NCBI GenBank assembly: GCA_963662285.2
Contig: CAXXMV010000001.1
Location: 1,056,001 to 1,120,000 of the forward strand
From: a bacterium
GTDB lineage: Bacteria > Hinthialibacterota > Hinthialibacteria > Hinthialibacterales > Hinthialibacteraceae
Direction: 5' to 3'
Length of the DNA: 64,000 nt
Shown here: positions 20,760 through 30,747 of the stretch, one piece after another
How positions within the stretch are numbered: the stretch's first letter is position 1
Layout: each line of letters opens with the position of its first letter
Position numbers and translations under genes: made by a program
The notes under the pieces: generated by a model
Databases searched by the model: none
What the model saw: only the letters and a program-made list of their open reading frames with translations
Told to the model about the DNA's origin: nothing

Positions 20760-20792
20760 TAGGGATATGGAATAACATATCCCTATTTCTTT
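20760..20792 (+). terminator. Intrinsic terminator ending the 15.5-20.7 kb operon
   Basis: TAGGGATATG / CATATCCCTA stem followed by TTTCTTT. Confidence 0.65.
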
Positions 20793-20963
20793 GATCTTCC
20801 TTATCCCAAATCGCACTATCCCAAAACCAGCATATTTTTCCATTATCTCATCAGTCATAGGCACTCAAATTGTAAATATTAATTAAAAAGATAAAATTTA
20901 ATTACAATACAGCAATACGGTGATACAATATATACAAACATATACTTATATAAAACTATACAA

Positions 20964-22961
20964 ATGATTAAAATGCCCAACAATCCAAGTCATTCCGTAA
21001 ATAACATCCCTCTGCGAAAATCTAAAACTGATTCCGCAGTAATTTTGGTTCTATTGATCTCATTTTGTCTCTTCACCATCTCTGTATCTATCATGATCTA
21101 CAATACTTGGGAAAAGAGTACAAAGGAAACGATCCTTTTAAATCCCGATTATGAAATTCTAGAGAATGAAACATCCATGTTTTCGTGGCAAAACGAAATA
21201 AGCGCCCCAGTACAATTTCAAAAGAGCAATAATCCAGATAAAGACAGTGGTATGGTTTTTTTAGTCGAAAAGGAAGCAAGCCCAGGTTGGTCAGGAATCG
21301 GAAAACCATTAAATCTAAATAGGCCTCCTTTAAATACCGATAGTCTTATTATAAACATAAAAAACCTTGAATCATCATTATCATTTTTAATTTCAGTTAA
21401 AGAAAAAAAATCACCAGACAATCCGTTTCCTGAATCTTGGGATAAAGAATTGGCATTAAATGACAATGAATGGCATTCAATAAAATTACCGCTGTCTTCT
21501 CTTCAATTTAAAAAATACTATCAACCGGAAGGCCAAGTAGGCAACCGCAAACTTGATCTCAATCTATTAGAACAAATTGCATTGGATTTCCCACCCGATC
21601 AACCAATCCGTCTCCTTCTAGGCTCCATTCATCTTGAGACAAAGCATTATTCCGGCATTTCCACAATTTGTCTTATTCTTAACCTATTTTGGTTGATACA
21701 TCTAATTCAATATGTGATTAAATACGAAATTTTGCGCTCAGACAGGCAATTATTTATTGAATTAGCAAAATTTATGACCTATCAAGTGGTGTTGATTCTC
21801 ACGCCACGTCATTTTGAAACCGGAATTGCTATCAACATTTTACTGGGGATTTCCTTGGTTGAGTCAATTTATATTCTGAATAGGAAACGAGAATGTTGCC
21901 TGTGCTGTTTTGTTATCCTGGGCAGCCCCCTACTGGCAAATATGATCTTGCTTAATTATGCAGAAAATTGGATCATGATCCCCATACTACTTGCAGCACA
22001 TTCATATCACATTATCAATCATTCAAAAATCCAGGGATTTAAATGGAGTATCATTTATTTTGCGTTAATTCTTCTCTTTAACTATTTTGTAATGGGTATG
22101 GATTTTCACATCATTCCTATTTCAGGAGGACTGGCCAGCCTGTTAATCATTTATTCTATGGTTCAAGAACAGAAAAAATACTTAAATCGAGAAAAGGAAC
22201 AACAAAACATTCAAATTTTATTTGAACAACAAGTGTTACATTCTCAAAAGATGGAAGCAATAAGTCAATTTTCACGCGGGATGGCTCATGAATTCAATAA
22301 TCTGCTGACTGGCATCATTGGTAATTTAAACCTTATTAAACTGAAAAATCACCCGGATATCTCAGATTATGTTGAAAATGCCAGTCAAGCTGCGACGCGG
22401 GCAGCCGAACAAATACGCCAGTTGAATTTATTCAGCCAGTTATCAAAAACCCAGCCTCAATCATTTCAATTAGAAGATGTTGTTAAAAACACGCTGAATG
22501 CATTCCAGAAAAACCTACATAAACATATTATTCTTAACACCCATATTCCAAATGATATTCCTCCAATAAATGCCGATCCGGTGCGCTTAAAAATGGTTTT
22601 AATGAATTTATTAATCAATGCCAGAGACGCCATTGATCAAGCAAAAAGTGAATTAATGGAAAAGCAATTCATAATCAACCTTGAAATAAAGTTAATCGAT
22701 ATAGAACTCAATCCAAAAACAATTGATATCAAACCAGGGAAATACGTAGTACTCATTCTATCTGATAATGGTATTGGCATCGATGATGAAACACGGAAGC
22801 ATATCTTCGATCCTTTTTATTCAACCAAAGAAGTTGGAATGGGAGTAGGATTGGGATTAACCAGTGCGTATGGCATAATTAAAGAATTTCAGGGCTGGAT
22901 TGATGTAGAAAGTGAACTCCATAAAGGAACTACTTTCAGTATCTATCTACCATTAAAGTAG
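20964..22961 (+). CDS. Sensor histidine kinase with CBM11-like extracytoplasmic domain
   Basis: H-box MAHEFNNLL, N-box NLLINARDA, DNGIG, FDPFYSTK, GVGLGL; N-terminal GWSG...WHSIKLPLSSL...GNRKLDL; several TM segments. Confidence 0.85.
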   Translation: MIKMPNNPSHSVNNIPLRKSKTDSAVILVLLISFCLFTISVSIMIYNTWEKSTKETILLNPDYEILENETSMFSWQNEISAPVQFQKSNNPDKDSGMVFLVEKEASPGWSGIGKPLNLNRPPLNTDSLIINIKNLESSLSFLISVKEKKSPDNPFPESWDKELALNDNEWHSIKLPLSSLQFKKYYQPEGQVGNRKLDLNLLEQIALDFPPDQPIRLLLGSIHLETKHYSGISTICLILNLFWLIHLIQYVIKYEILRSDRQLFIELAKFMTYQVVLILTPRHFETGIAINILLGISLVESIYILNRKRECCLCCFVILGSPLLANMILLNYAENWIMIPILLAAHSYHIINHSKIQGFKWSIIYFALILLFNYFVMGMDFHIIPISGGLASLLIIYSMVQEQKKYLNREKEQQNIQILFEQQVLHSQKMEAISQFSRGMAHEFNNLLTGIIGNLNLIKLKNHPDISDYVENASQAATRAAEQIRQLNLFSQLSKTQPQSFQLEDVVKNTLNAFQKNLHKHIILNTHIPNDIPPINADPVRLKMVLMNLLINARDAIDQAKSELMEKQFIINLEIKLIDIELNPKTIDIKPGKYVVLILSDNGIGIDDETRKHIFDPFYSTKEVGMGVGLGLTSAYGIIKEFQGWIDVESELHKGTTFSIYLPLK

Positions 22962-22994
22962 TTGTCAAAATAATGTTATGATTGGCGATTCTCT

Positions 22995-25900
22995 CTATCT
23001 AGAAAATCTCTGTATAAACCACCAAAGAACAAGCGCCACTAAAGCCAGAATAGAGATGGCGGCGCCACGCCCTATGGATTCCGGCCAGTATACCAGTTCG
23101 ATTTCATGTCTGCCTTCTTTAACCTCTATCCCCCTGAAGTAATAGTTTATCTGTTTAATGGATTTTAGAACGCCATCAACATACGCCTTCCAACCGGGAT
23201 AGAATATCTCGCTGATAAATAACAGTTCATCACCATCACTTTTGCCAGTTAGCCGAAGATGGCTGGGCGATATCTCTTCTACCCCCCAGGGATCAATAGA
23301 ATCTGGTGGAGTGGGATATTGAGTATCACAGGCTATTCTTTCAATCTCATCCATTGGATTTTCAGGGATAAATTGTTCAACGGAAGAATTTAGTTCTGCA
23401 TGACTCAGCGCCGGACCTCCAGGATAACGGGTGTATATGAAAGCATCCTTCTCTTGGCCTCCTATCTCAATAAAATGAGAAGCGCCTTTGACGGCGATGA
23501 AGGCATGTGAATTATGCTTTCGCATATCAGGTGGTTCGATGGAAAGGATGAATTCCGAACCAAGTTCATGCAACACATCGCGCGTTGCGCGGGTCATTAA
23601 ATCAGTGCCATCATCGCGTATGGCACCGAAGATATAATTACCCTCTTCTACCGAATTGATAAACTCGCGCATACGGCGGTTTTCCATTGGAGTTAAACTT
23701 AAATCACCGGACTCTCCAATAGAAGGGTCAAAATCCTTTAACAAATCAAACGAGTCGCTGGCGATAACATTAAATTTTTCCGGCTCCGCCACAACCAGGT
23801 TATAACCTCGTTTATTCAACGCAAATTCCCGCCCCCCGATTAGGATGCTGGCCGAATCGGTAGCAGGGATTTCTCCAGTTTTTTTGGGAGCGGAGAATAT
23901 CATCACCGGCGCGGCAAATTGCATGGCTCCAGTGGCGCCAAGTATATTAGCGCTGATATCAAAACGCCAATCATGGGGACGCATTTCGTTTATTTCAGTA
24001 TAGAATCTGCGCCATTCTATTGATTTATCCTCCGACGCAATAGCTATCGGTTGAGGCTTAGGCGCCAGGAAGCCATTCATATAAAATGACTTTTCAGTTT
24101 GCAAAACCAATGCTTCCGTAGCGCTGTAAATCTCCAATGCAGAACCTATCGGGGCGCCTTTTCTACCGACTATAGCATGAGCCAACTGGTATTCACCTCT
24201 AACATCCAATGAAGCGCCAATTGATCGTAATGCAGCCAAACCTATGGGAAGCAAATTATTAGTCGCGTTATCCTTAATAGCTGCAAATACAAATTTCCCA
24301 TCAGGGATATCACTGAAAAATTTCAGCATACGCTGATGCATTAATCGCTCAGCATCCAGGATGCCTTTCATTAAGTTAAATCCCTTTACATCCTCAACTT
24401 CTCCAGTTAATTGATCCGCAACTGCAAAATAATATCCAGGCTCATCATTATTGATCCCTTCGAAATAGTTCTTGCCATTAATTACCAGGAAAGCATTCTT
24501 TTCAGTTGCCTGAGCTGAACAACTGGCTAAAAGAAATGGTAGGGGAAATAAAGCATTATCTGGAATTTCCGGATGATCATCGCTGGATTCTTCATCTGTT
24601 AAAATCACTTGCCGAAACGGGAAGGATTGCAATATCAAAAGACGCCGTTGTAGTAATTGCTCTGCATGAAAACGCTCAGACGTACTCCATGCACGGGGCA
24701 TTTGATTATTGATGAAATGCAGCCGTTCAGTTTGCCGTGTTATTTGCAGTGGAAATTCGTCCAGATCAGTAAGAATCGCGCCAGTTCCCAATAACCGCAG
24801 TAGAGATAGATTTGGCTTTGATGGAAACGGGATATTTACGTCATCACGCAATTCTAAATGTATACGCGGAGTTAATGGAGATTGCCCATCGAATTCATAG
24901 AAATCCTGAGCGGCGCCATGATATAAAGTACGGTTTCCCCCCGCCGCAAACAAGACTTTGGTTCTATGGTTCCAAGTTGATTGATGCAGTATGTCAACTT
25001 CATCATCAATCGAATAGCCCCCCGGTCCAGGCGCAAGGTCGAATGTCCTGAAATGGGTTCCCAAATCAAACCAACATAAAACTATAGCCGAAATAGCGAA
25101 GACAACTGGTCTAATACGCTGTTGCGCCGCAGCATGAAATAATGCCAGAAACACCCCGCCAAACATCACCATGTACAAAAACGAGCGTAACAATGATTGA
25201 TGTAGTTGCGACTGCACCTCTTTGGCAGCATTAAATCCGGTAGAAATTACCGCCCAAAGCAGCGTGATAACCAATAATCCGACAATACACCAGACGATCT
25301 TCCAAAACATTGGCGCCAGCGCCTTCCGCGCAGCGGACTGGTTTTGACGCAGGAAATAATCCAACTCGCGACCAGCAGCCAAAGCTAACGGCAGGCTGGC
25401 GAAATATATCCACCGACTCGGCGCCCGCACCCATGCCGCTCCGGGAACCAGTAGATATGAAATATCGTAAGCAAAGAGATGTTCCCCAAGCGACAAAGTT
25501 ACAGCAACTATAAAAACGCCTAAAAGATACTTAAAAAGAGGATCCAGTTTGCCGCGTATCAGAGTATGCAAAGCCAACAATAATGGAATTAACCCCCAAT
25601 AGAAGACTTCATTCTGTGAAATAAACCTCATGGCTTCTGGAAGAAAGGCTTCTACTAATTCCAAAGGAGGCAGCGAAAACTCCACGCTGCTTTGAAATAC
25701 ATCCGCATTGGAGCGCGCGCTTTCCCGGATAAGTTCCATGGTCGGGTAAAGTTGAATCGCCGCCAAGGTCGGCGCTAAAACCAGAACCGCAAGGATAGGC
25801 AAAACTCTTGTAGTAAAGATACTTTTATTGAGAACCGTTGAATTATGCTTTTCATAAACGCCGTAAACCAAACGCGCGGTTAATAGAAGAGTAATATAAA

Positions 25901-26549
25901 GCGATGACTGCGGGTGCCCCGCCAGATAGGCCAAGGCCATTAACAACGACAAACCCATCAAACATTGTATTCTGTCTTCACGAATCCAGCGTTCCGCCAG
26001 AAGAAGCATCCATGGAAACCATACAATAGTAAAAAGCATGTTGGTATGTTGCTTATGAGCGCAATGAAATCCACAGAAGGTAAAAGCGATAGCCGATAAT
26101 CCAGCGCTCAGTGGAGATAATCCAATGTAACGCGCCAAACGGTATGCTCCCAGACCGGCAATAAAGAAATGCAGCAGAACCAACCACTGAGTGACCTGAA
26201 AAGCGCTTTCAGGCGAATTAGAAAATGGAATCAATACCCAATTGAATGGATACAGCAAACCTGCTTCACAATTGGCAAAGCCCGGCCAGCCGCCAAATTG
26301 ATACGGATCCCATAGTGGAATAAATCCATTGAGCAACTGCCGGAATAAACCAATTCGCGTAGGATAATCTTTGACGAAAATATCACCAGAAAAATGCATA
26401 CTGTCGGCCAGAGATGGAATCCAGATCCGCCACCAAAACAGAAGAATTAACGCCGCCAGAATCAATATGACTATGCCGTATTCTCTGATTGGACCAGTTG
26501 TGCGTGAAGAATTTGGTTGATTCATTTTGTAACCTGTTAATAAGAACAT
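22995..26549 (-). CDS. YfhO-family (GT-C) membrane glycosyltransferase-like protein with two ILEI-like domains
   Basis: PLWDPYQFGGWP, LAGHPQ, RAPSRW, C-terminal SEIFYPGWKAYVDG...GRHEIELVY; internal IPDGKFVFAAIKD / VEEGNYIFGAIRD repeats. Confidence 0.8.
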   Translation of the reverse strand: MFLLTGYKMNQPNSSRTTGPIREYGIVILILAALILLFWWRIWIPSLADSMHFSGDIFVKDYPTRIGLFRQLLNGFIPLWDPYQFGGWPGFANCEAGLLYPFNWVLIPFSNSPESAFQVTQWLVLLHFFIAGLGAYRLARYIGLSPLSAGLSAIAFTFCGFHCAHKQHTNMLFTIVWFPWMLLLAERWIREDRIQCLMGLSLLMALAYLAGHPQSSLYITLLLTARLVYGVYEKHNSTVLNKSIFTTRVLPILAVLVLAPTLAAIQLYPTMELIRESARSNADVFQSSVEFSLPPLELVEAFLPEAMRFISQNEVFYWGLIPLLLALHTLIRGKLDPLFKYLLGVFIVAVTLSLGEHLFAYDISYLLVPGAAWVRAPSRWIYFASLPLALAAGRELDYFLRQNQSAARKALAPMFWKIVWCIVGLLVITLLWAVISTGFNAAKEVQSQLHQSLLRSFLYMVMFGGVFLALFHAAAQQRIRPVVFAISAIVLCWFDLGTHFRTFDLAPGPGGYSIDDEVDILHQSTWNHRTKVLFAAGGNRTLYHGAAQDFYEFDGQSPLTPRIHLELRDDVNIPFPSKPNLSLLRLLGTGAILTDLDEFPLQITRQTERLHFINNQMPRAWSTSERFHAEQLLQRRLLILQSFPFRQVILTDEESSDDHPEIPDNALFPLPFLLASCSAQATEKNAFLVINGKNYFEGINNDEPGYYFAVADQLTGEVEDVKGFNLMKGILDAERLMHQRMLKFFSDIPDGKFVFAAIKDNATNNLLPIGLAALRSIGASLDVRGEYQLAHAIVGRKGAPIGSALEIYSATEALVLQTEKSFYMNGFLAPKPQPIAIASEDKSIEWRRFYTEINEMRPHDWRFDISANILGATGAMQFAAPVMIFSAPKKTGEIPATDSASILIGGREFALNKRGYNLVVAEPEKFNVIASDSFDLLKDFDPSIGESGDLSLTPMENRRMREFINSVEEGNYIFGAIRDDGTDLMTRATRDVLHELGSEFILSIEPPDMRKHNSHAFIAVKGASHFIEIGGQEKDAFIYTRYPGGPALSHAELNSSVEQFIPENPMDEIERIACDTQYPTPPDSIDPWGVEEISPSHLRLTGKSDGDELLFISEIFYPGWKAYVDGVLKSIKQINYYFRGIEVKEGRHEIELVYWPESIGRGAAISILALVALVLWWFIQRFSR

Positions 26550-26871
26550 TATTTCAATAATCGCTTTAGCATATCAGAACTCTGTTTTTTGGGCTATGAG
26601 TTATAATACTAAAAACTCACATTATATTTTTATCTTGTCATCTGTTTCATTCCCACCAAACTTTCCAAACAAAAAAAATTCTCTCCATGAACGCTCAACC
26701 ATCCTTCATGATCAAAAAAATGCGGCTAGGGTATTCATTTAATTCGACATGTGTTCTAATTATGCTTTAACTATACTATGCAGGATGGATGCTATTCTCA
26801 GGGCGTTATAACTACTCGTCCATGATGATTCATCTTTGTGATTTCATATTAATATATTAATCAGGGATTTT

Positions 26872-28224
26872 ATGTTCAATTTTCTAAAAAAAGATAGAAT
26901 TATAGCCGAACCTAGTTATAACCGTTGGTTGGTTCCACCCGCTGCATTATGCATCCATTTATCCATCGGGCAAGTTTACGCCTTCAGCGTCTTCAATCTA
27001 CCCTTAACCCGCGTCATAGGGATTACTGAATCCACTCAGCAAGATTGGAAATTAACTACCTTAGGGTGGATTTTTAGTATTGCCATTGTGTTTCTTGGAT
27101 TATCCGCCGCAATTCTCGGAAAATGGGTTGAATCCGGCGGCCCGCGCCGTGCGGCATTCTGGTCAGCCTTTTGTTTCGGGGGAGGCTTTTTAGTTGCGGC
27201 CTTGGGTGTACATATCCACAATATCTGGTTGGTATATCTGGGATATGGCGTTTTAGGAGGCATCGGTTTGGGATTGGGATATATCTCTCCGGTCTCCACC
27301 CTGATTAAATGGTTCCCCGATCGCCCAGGCATGGCGACAGGCATGGCCATTATGGGCTTTGGCGGCGGCGCCATGATTGGCGCTCCCCTGTCTGTAAAAC
27401 TAATGAATTATTTTGCTTCAGCAGATTCGGTTGGAGTTAAAGAAACTTTTATCGTTATGGGGCTAATGTATTTATGCGTTATGCTGGTCGGGGCTGCGTT
27501 TTTCCGCATTCCCCCGCGAGGCTGGAAGCCGAAGGGATATAAAGCGCCCAAAAAACCAAAAGATTTAGTAACCAGCGCACACGTTCATGCGGATACAGCC
27601 ATTCGGACTCCTCAATTCTATCTGCTGTGGATCGTTTTATGCATGAATGTTACAGCGGGAATCGGCGTATTAGGCCAAGCCTCGGCTATGAGTCAGGAAA
27701 TGTTTCCGGGCGTTATCAGCGCCAGCGCGGCGGCGGGTTTCGTGGGCTTGTTAAGTCTGGGCAATATGGTGGGACGCTTTATATGGTCCAGCGCCTCTGA
27801 TTATCTGGGCAGAAAAACGACCTATGCCATCTACTTTATTCTAGGCATTGTTCTCTACGCATTTATACCATCCACCGGAAAAATGAACAGCGTCGCCTTG
27901 TTTGTGATCTGCTACGTCATAATCATCAGCATGTATGGCGGAGGATTCGCTACCATACCGGCCTACTTACGCGACATTTTCGGAACCATGCACGTGGGGG
28001 CTATTCATGGCCGATTGTTGACCGCCTGGTCTACCGCCGGAATTTTCGGCCCGGTATTGGTAAACTATATCCGCCAGTATCAAATAGACCATGGCGTCGC
28101 CAAGGCTGAAGCCTATACGGTGACAATGTACATTATGGCCGCTTTGCTGGTTATCGGATTACTCTGCAACCGGGCCATGAAGGCCGTTGATGCCAGGCAT
28201 CACATGAAGAAGGAGATAATATGA
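26872..28224 (+). CDS. OFA family MFS transporter (oxalate/formate/lactate type)
   Basis: RWLVPPAALCIHLSIGQVYAFS, KWFPDRPGMATG, YGGGFATIPAY, IHGRLLTAW. Confidence 0.93.
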   Translation: MFNFLKKDRIIAEPSYNRWLVPPAALCIHLSIGQVYAFSVFNLPLTRVIGITESTQQDWKLTTLGWIFSIAIVFLGLSAAILGKWVESGGPRRAAFWSAFCFGGGFLVAALGVHIHNIWLVYLGYGVLGGIGLGLGYISPVSTLIKWFPDRPGMATGMAIMGFGGGAMIGAPLSVKLMNYFASADSVGVKETFIVMGLMYLCVMLVGAAFFRIPPRGWKPKGYKAPKKPKDLVTSAHVHADTAIRTPQFYLLWIVLCMNVTAGIGVLGQASAMSQEMFPGVISASAAAGFVGLLSLGNMVGRFIWSSASDYLGRKTTYAIYFILGIVLYAFIPSTGKMNSVALFVICYVIIISMYGGGFATIPAYLRDIFGTMHVGAIHGRLLTAWSTAGIFGPVLVNYIRQYQIDHGVAKAEAYTVTMYIMAALLVIGLLCNRAMKAVDARHHMKKEII

Positions 28225-28427
28225 ATAATATATCAGAAGCGCAGCGCATCTTAAAAGAGAAGCAACTAGAAGTCGAAGCCAATATTGAAGAAACCATGGA
28301 ACACCTCAATGAAGTGGAGGTTGATTCGGCTATAGTAAAACTACTTTTATTCTGGAGTTTTGTCGGCATTCCATTATTTTGGGGCGTAATGCAAACTTTC
28401 GACAAGGCCTTGCAGTTATTCAAGTAA
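28221..28427 (+). CDS. Small membrane subunit associated with OFA-MFS transporter
   Basis: ATGA overlap with MFS gene; WSFVGIPLFWGV...KALQLF. Confidence 0.8.
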   Translation: MNNISEAQRILKEKQLEVEANIEETMEHLNEVEVDSAIVKLLLFWSFVGIPLFWGVMQTFDKALQLFK

Positions 28428-28610
28428 ACTTTTTGTAAAAATGTCACAGCGAAGACTGCGAAACACTTTAGTAGATAGTCTTTTGAGATGTAGCACGGAT
28501 ATATCTAAAATCAAAATAATCCTCGATAAATTTGATTATCCTGTATTAATTACGGGATTATTAGTTTATAGTATTTTACATAATAAATTTTTCAAAATGG
28601 GAGCGAGGGA

Positions 28611-29069
28611 ATGAATCACACATTCCTTTTTAAAGAAGGATACTGGCAGTCGTCTGGAACTTATACAGATTCAGATAATAAAACCAATAATGCTGAAGGC
28701 TTTTCAAATATTATCCATAACGAAGACAAGTGGATTTTGAACGGATCGCTGCAAGTGATTGATGGTGATAATTCCAGAGAAATCAATAATTTGTATGAGA
28801 TTACTCCGGTTGATAAAGAGTGTCACACGGCTTCATGGTTCGCAGAAAATCCATCTATTGGAAAGTTGAACGGGCTTTTTGCGATTATAGGAGATGTAAT
28901 TCTCTCCACTTTTTCATCAGAAGAAAAACAATACTCCGGCGTCGAATGCATTATCAGGATTGATGATGATAACTACAGTATTCGTGGAATATTACTCCAG
29001 GAAGAGAGGAAAATCTCTTCCTGGTCAACCAACTTGAAAAGAGTAGAGCAAAACACTGCTCCTGCATGA
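28611..29069 (+). CDS. Hypothetical protein (beta-barrel/lipocalin-like)
   Basis: 152 aa; HTFLFKEGYW...NPSIG...GVE; GGGAG/GAGGG RBS. Confidence 0.7.
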   Translation: MNHTFLFKEGYWQSSGTYTDSDNKTNNAEGFSNIIHNEDKWILNGSLQVIDGDNSREINNLYEITPVDKECHTASWFAENPSIGKLNGLFAIIGDVILSTFSSEEKQYSGVECIIRIDDDNYSIRGILLQEERKISSWSTNLKRVEQNTAPA

Positions 29070-29083
29070 TTTATAATAAAAAT

Positions 29084-29121
29084 AAAACGCGCTGACCAGT
29101 TCAATGGTTGCAGCGCGTTTT
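29084..29121. terminator. Bidirectional terminator
   Basis: AAAACGCGCTG / CAGCGCGTTTT between convergent genes. Confidence 0.7.
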
Positions 29122-29151
29122 GAGTAATCTTAAAGTATGAATAATCAAAAA

Positions 29152-30621
29152 TCATAGAGGACGCATAAGTGGAAAATATACTGTACTCTTGATATTTTCT
29201 TCGTTGGTAAACAGGGCCGCCAAGCGGTCAATTCCCATACCCCAGCCTGAGATAGGCGGCATGCCGTATTCCATGCAATGAACATAATCTTCATCAAATT
29301 CCATCGCTTCATCATCGCCCGCATCGCGCAGGTTTTGCTGCTTCATCAGGCGTTGACGCTGATCGACGGGATCAACCAGTTCTGAATAGGCATTGACGAT
29401 CTCCATACCAGCCACAACAACCTGGAAGCGGTCTGTGATGGAGGGATCTTCATCGTTGGCTCTGGCAAGGGGCGACAACTCTGTAGGATGAGATGTGAGG
29501 AACATTGGCGACACTATTTTCGGACGGCAGGCTTTTTTGTATACCGTATCGATTAATGCTCCCCAGCCCAACGCATTAATGTTCACATCAGAAAGATCAA
29601 TACCTTTATCTTTAACGCATGCCAGCAGCGATTCGCGGTCATTAACTGTGTTAATATCAATATCAGCGCCTTCCAGCAAGACGTCACGCAGGCTTTTGCG
29701 CGGCCATGACGCTGAGAAATCAATGGTTTGTTCCATATATTCAAAGGATAATGAACCAAGGGTTGATTCGATAACCGATTTAAGCATTTTCTCGGTATAG
29801 TCCATATTATCCTGATAATTCCAATAGGCCGCGTAATATTCCAGCATCAGGAATTCCTGCAAGTGAGCCGTGGAGATTCCCTCATTACGGAAACAGCGCG
29901 CAAATTCATATACCCGGTCATATCCACCCACGATCAACCGTTTCAAATAGGTCTCAGGGGCAATCCGCATATAAACGTCTAAATCCATCGAGTTATGGTG
30001 GGTAATAAATGGTTTGGCCAATGCTCCAGATGGTTTGGATTGCAGAATCGGCGTCTCTACTTCAACGAAGCCATTGTCTTCCAGGTGATTACGCACATTA
30101 CGGATAAGATTCCGTCGAACATCAAAACGGCGCCGGGAATCCTCGTTCATAATAAGATCAAGATAACGCTGGCGGTAACATGATTCCTGGTCGGTCAGGC
30201 CATGCCATTTCTCAGGTAGAGTAAGCAAAGCTTTTGATAGTAATTGATAAGAACTTACTCTAAGCGTCTTTTCTCCCGTCTTGGTTATGAAAAGAGAACC
30301 TTCCACGCCGATAAAATCGCCGATGTTAATATTTTTCTTAAAAAAAGCATACCCCTCTTTACCCAGATCATCCTGAGTCAAACAAATCTGCATTTTACCC
30401 TGAGCGTCTTGAATATGAGTAAAACTGAGTTTGCCCATTTTGCGGATGGCGATAATTCTTCCCGCAATACGAATGTCTTTGGAATCTTCAGGCAATTCCA
30501 GGGCTTCGTGTAATCGGTGGGTTCGTTCGTAGCGATCAGGAAAAGGATTAACGCCCTCTTCCCGCAGATGCTGGATCATCTCGATCCGTTCGTCGCGCAG
30601 CGTCTTCTTAGGTTCAGACAT
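29152..30621 (-). CDS. lysS: Lysine--tRNA ligase (class II)
   Basis: LPEKWHGL, YRQRYLDL, RIAPETYLKRL, FRNEG, EYGMPP, GIDRL, FPLMR. Confidence 0.97.
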   Translation of the reverse strand: MSEPKKTLRDERIEMIQHLREEGVNPFPDRYERTHRLHEALELPEDSKDIRIAGRIIAIRKMGKLSFTHIQDAQGKMQICLTQDDLGKEGYAFFKKNINIGDFIGVEGSLFITKTGEKTLRVSSYQLLSKALLTLPEKWHGLTDQESCYRQRYLDLIMNEDSRRRFDVRRNLIRNVRNHLEDNGFVEVETPILQSKPSGALAKPFITHHNSMDLDVYMRIAPETYLKRLIVGGYDRVYEFARCFRNEGISTAHLQEFLMLEYYAAYWNYQDNMDYTEKMLKSVIESTLGSLSFEYMEQTIDFSASWPRKSLRDVLLEGADIDINTVNDRESLLACVKDKGIDLSDVNINALGWGALIDTVYKKACRPKIVSPMFLTSHPTELSPLARANDEDPSITDRFQVVVAGMEIVNAYSELVDPVDQRQRLMKQQNLRDAGDDEAMEFDEDYVHCMEYGMPPISGWGMGIDRLAALFTNEENIKSTVYFPLMRPL

Positions 30622-30647
30622 AGTTCAGAGAATCCTTATACAATAAT

Positions 30648-30674
30648 AACACCCCGATTGAATACCGGGGTGTT
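30648..30674 (-). terminator. Hairpin between pilin paralog 2 and lysS
   Basis: AACACCCCG / CGGGGTGTT. Confidence 0.5.
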
Positions 30675-30747
30675 TATAACAGACTAATTATAGAATGCGG
30701 AATAGAATCTATACAGGGATATCTAACGCTGCATCAATTAGGAAATA

